DNA from: Stegostoma tigrinum
Taxonomy: Eukaryota
Direction of reading: 5' to 3'
NCBI RefSeq assembly: GCF_030684315.1
Contig: NC_081387.1
Coordinates: 11,056,822-11,120,821, forward strand
DNA length: 64,000 nucleotides
The notes beneath the pieces are model-generated. The model was not told the origin of the DNA, ran no database searches, and was given only the letters and a program-made list of their open reading frames with translations. This document shows, piece by piece, positions 62,745-64,000 of this stretch; position 1 is the first letter of the stretch; every line of letters begins with the position of its first letter. The translations under genes were made by a program, and so were the position numbers.

Positions 62745-63838
62745 CACCCTTCTTCAGAAATGGGGAAGTGGGAAGGAAACTCTGAAATAAATAGAGTGGG
62801 GACAGGTGGGACTGGGAAAGGTAGCCGGGGTGGTGATAGGGATTGGTCAGTGAGGGGACACGAGCAGATAGGTGGTAGAGAAGATGGGCAGGTTGAGTCA
62901 GGTCAAGGAGGTGGGGATGTGAAGAAGGTTTGGTCATGGGATGAGGACGGGATGGGGCGATTTTGAAGCGAGCAAAGTCCACATTGGGACCATTGGGCTG
63001 TAGGCTCCTAAGGTGGAACATGAGGTGCTGTTCCTCCAGTTTCCACGCAGCATAATTGTGACACTGGGGGAGGCCCAGGATGGATATGTTGTCCGTGGAG
63101 TGGGAGGGGGAGTTGAAGTGGTTAGCGACTGGAAGGTGTTGTCGTTTGTCGCAAACACAGCGCAAGTACTCTACAAAGCGGTCCCTGAGCCTCCGCTTCG
63201 CCTCACCAATGGCGAGGAGGCTGCAGGGGGAGCAGCGGATGCAATAGACCACATTGATAGATGTGCAGGTGACCCTCTGTCTGATGTGAAATATTTGTTT
63301 GGAGCCTGGGGATTGAGGTGGCCGGGGGCGGGGGGGTGAGGGGGGAGGAGATGTAGGGGCATGGTTCGAACTTCCTGCAGTTGCACAAAAAGGTCCTGTG
63401 GGTAGGGGACCAGAGGGGAGTGTCTAGTGGACGAGGGAGTCACAGAAAGAGCAATCCACAGGGAAGGCAGGGTGGGGGAATTATTTTCGGCTGTGGGATC
63501 AGATTGCAGGTGGCAGACGTGACGGAGAACACGGACTCCCACAGCTACATTAGAATACACTTCCTCTCACCCACGTCCCTGACCAGGAATGCAATCCCTT
63601 ACTCCAAATTCCTCCACCTCCCAAGATGGGGCGTTCCACTCCTCAACATCCCAAATATCCTCTCATTTCAAGGACGGCAACGTCCCCCCTTCAGTGGTCG
63701 AAAGTCATCTTGATCACATCCCTTGCGTTTCCCGCACCTCTGCCCTCACATCCCCTCACTGCAAAAACAAAGACAGAATTCCCCTTGTCCTCATATCACC
63801 CCATTAACCTCAGAATTCAGTGTATCATTCGCCGCCAC
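62745..63838 (-). mobile_element. Penelope-like fragment: GIY-YIG end on minus (62745-63530) with 5' part inverted on plus (63550-63838)
   Basis: VYCIRC..C.LLAIGEAKRRLRDRF..PVANHFN on minus; LEYTSSHP..NAIPYSKFLHL...DRIPLVL...IQCIIRRH on plus. Confidence 0.85.
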
Positions 63839-63891
63839 TGACTGAGGACTAATGCACCAGGACCCAGCTGGAATTGTGCCCAGTTACCCAC

Positions 63892-63940
63892 CTGCAGAGA
63901 GCTCTCCACACAGAAGCCCCAGCACGAACAGTCGGATCAT
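63892..63940 (-). CDS. MHC class I gene B, exon 1 (signal peptide MIRLFVLGLLCGELSA)
   Basis: 49 nt, ATG to phase-1 donor G|GTGGGT, in frame with the alpha1 acceptor at 55344. Not in the ORF track. Confidence 0.9.
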
Positions 63941-64000
63941 TGCGCCTTCAGCCACCGGCCTGGGAGGAGAAATGGGTGAGAGAAATCGTTTTCCAGTGAA

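Noticed and set aside
7357-63940. Classical MHC class Ia (UAA) or MR1/CD1 identity
   Set aside because: Half or more of the peptide-anchor residues are lost, no TAP/PSMB genes are in the window, and no MR1/CD1-specific signature was recognised. The lineage name is left unassigned pending phylogeny.

Overview
Vertebrate genomic DNA, almost certainly from a shark or ray: it carries HE1-type SINEs, CR1 and Penelope families typical of sharks, and shark-type MHC leader peptides. The window holds two tandem, minus-strand, non-classical MHC class I heavy-chain genes, most similar from recall to the multicopy elasmobranch UBA-type lineage. Gene B (about 47.1-63.94 kb) is nearly complete: leader, alpha1, alpha2, alpha3, a TM exon abutting an assembly gap, two cytoplasmic exons and a probable non-coding last exon. 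Gene A has a leader at 27.3 kb, an 18.8-kb intron 1 and alpha1-alpha3 at 7.4-8.5 kb, but no TM or cytoplasmic exons inside the window. About 200 bp upstream of gene A is an S-X-Y module whose X-Y spacing matches the mammalian MHC enhanceosome site as recalled. The rest is mostly transposon-derived: an ERV remnant, CR1 LINEs (one near full-length), Penelope elements with hammerhead-ribozyme-like cores and small derivatives flanked by direct repeats, Gypsy, Tx1, Rex and RTE remnants, and SINEs. There is also a tRNA-Asn pseudogene, a 39/42-bp satellite shared by both first introns, and a palindrome with 169-bp arms. All comparisons were made by eye; no database searches were run, and TE boundaries are approximate.
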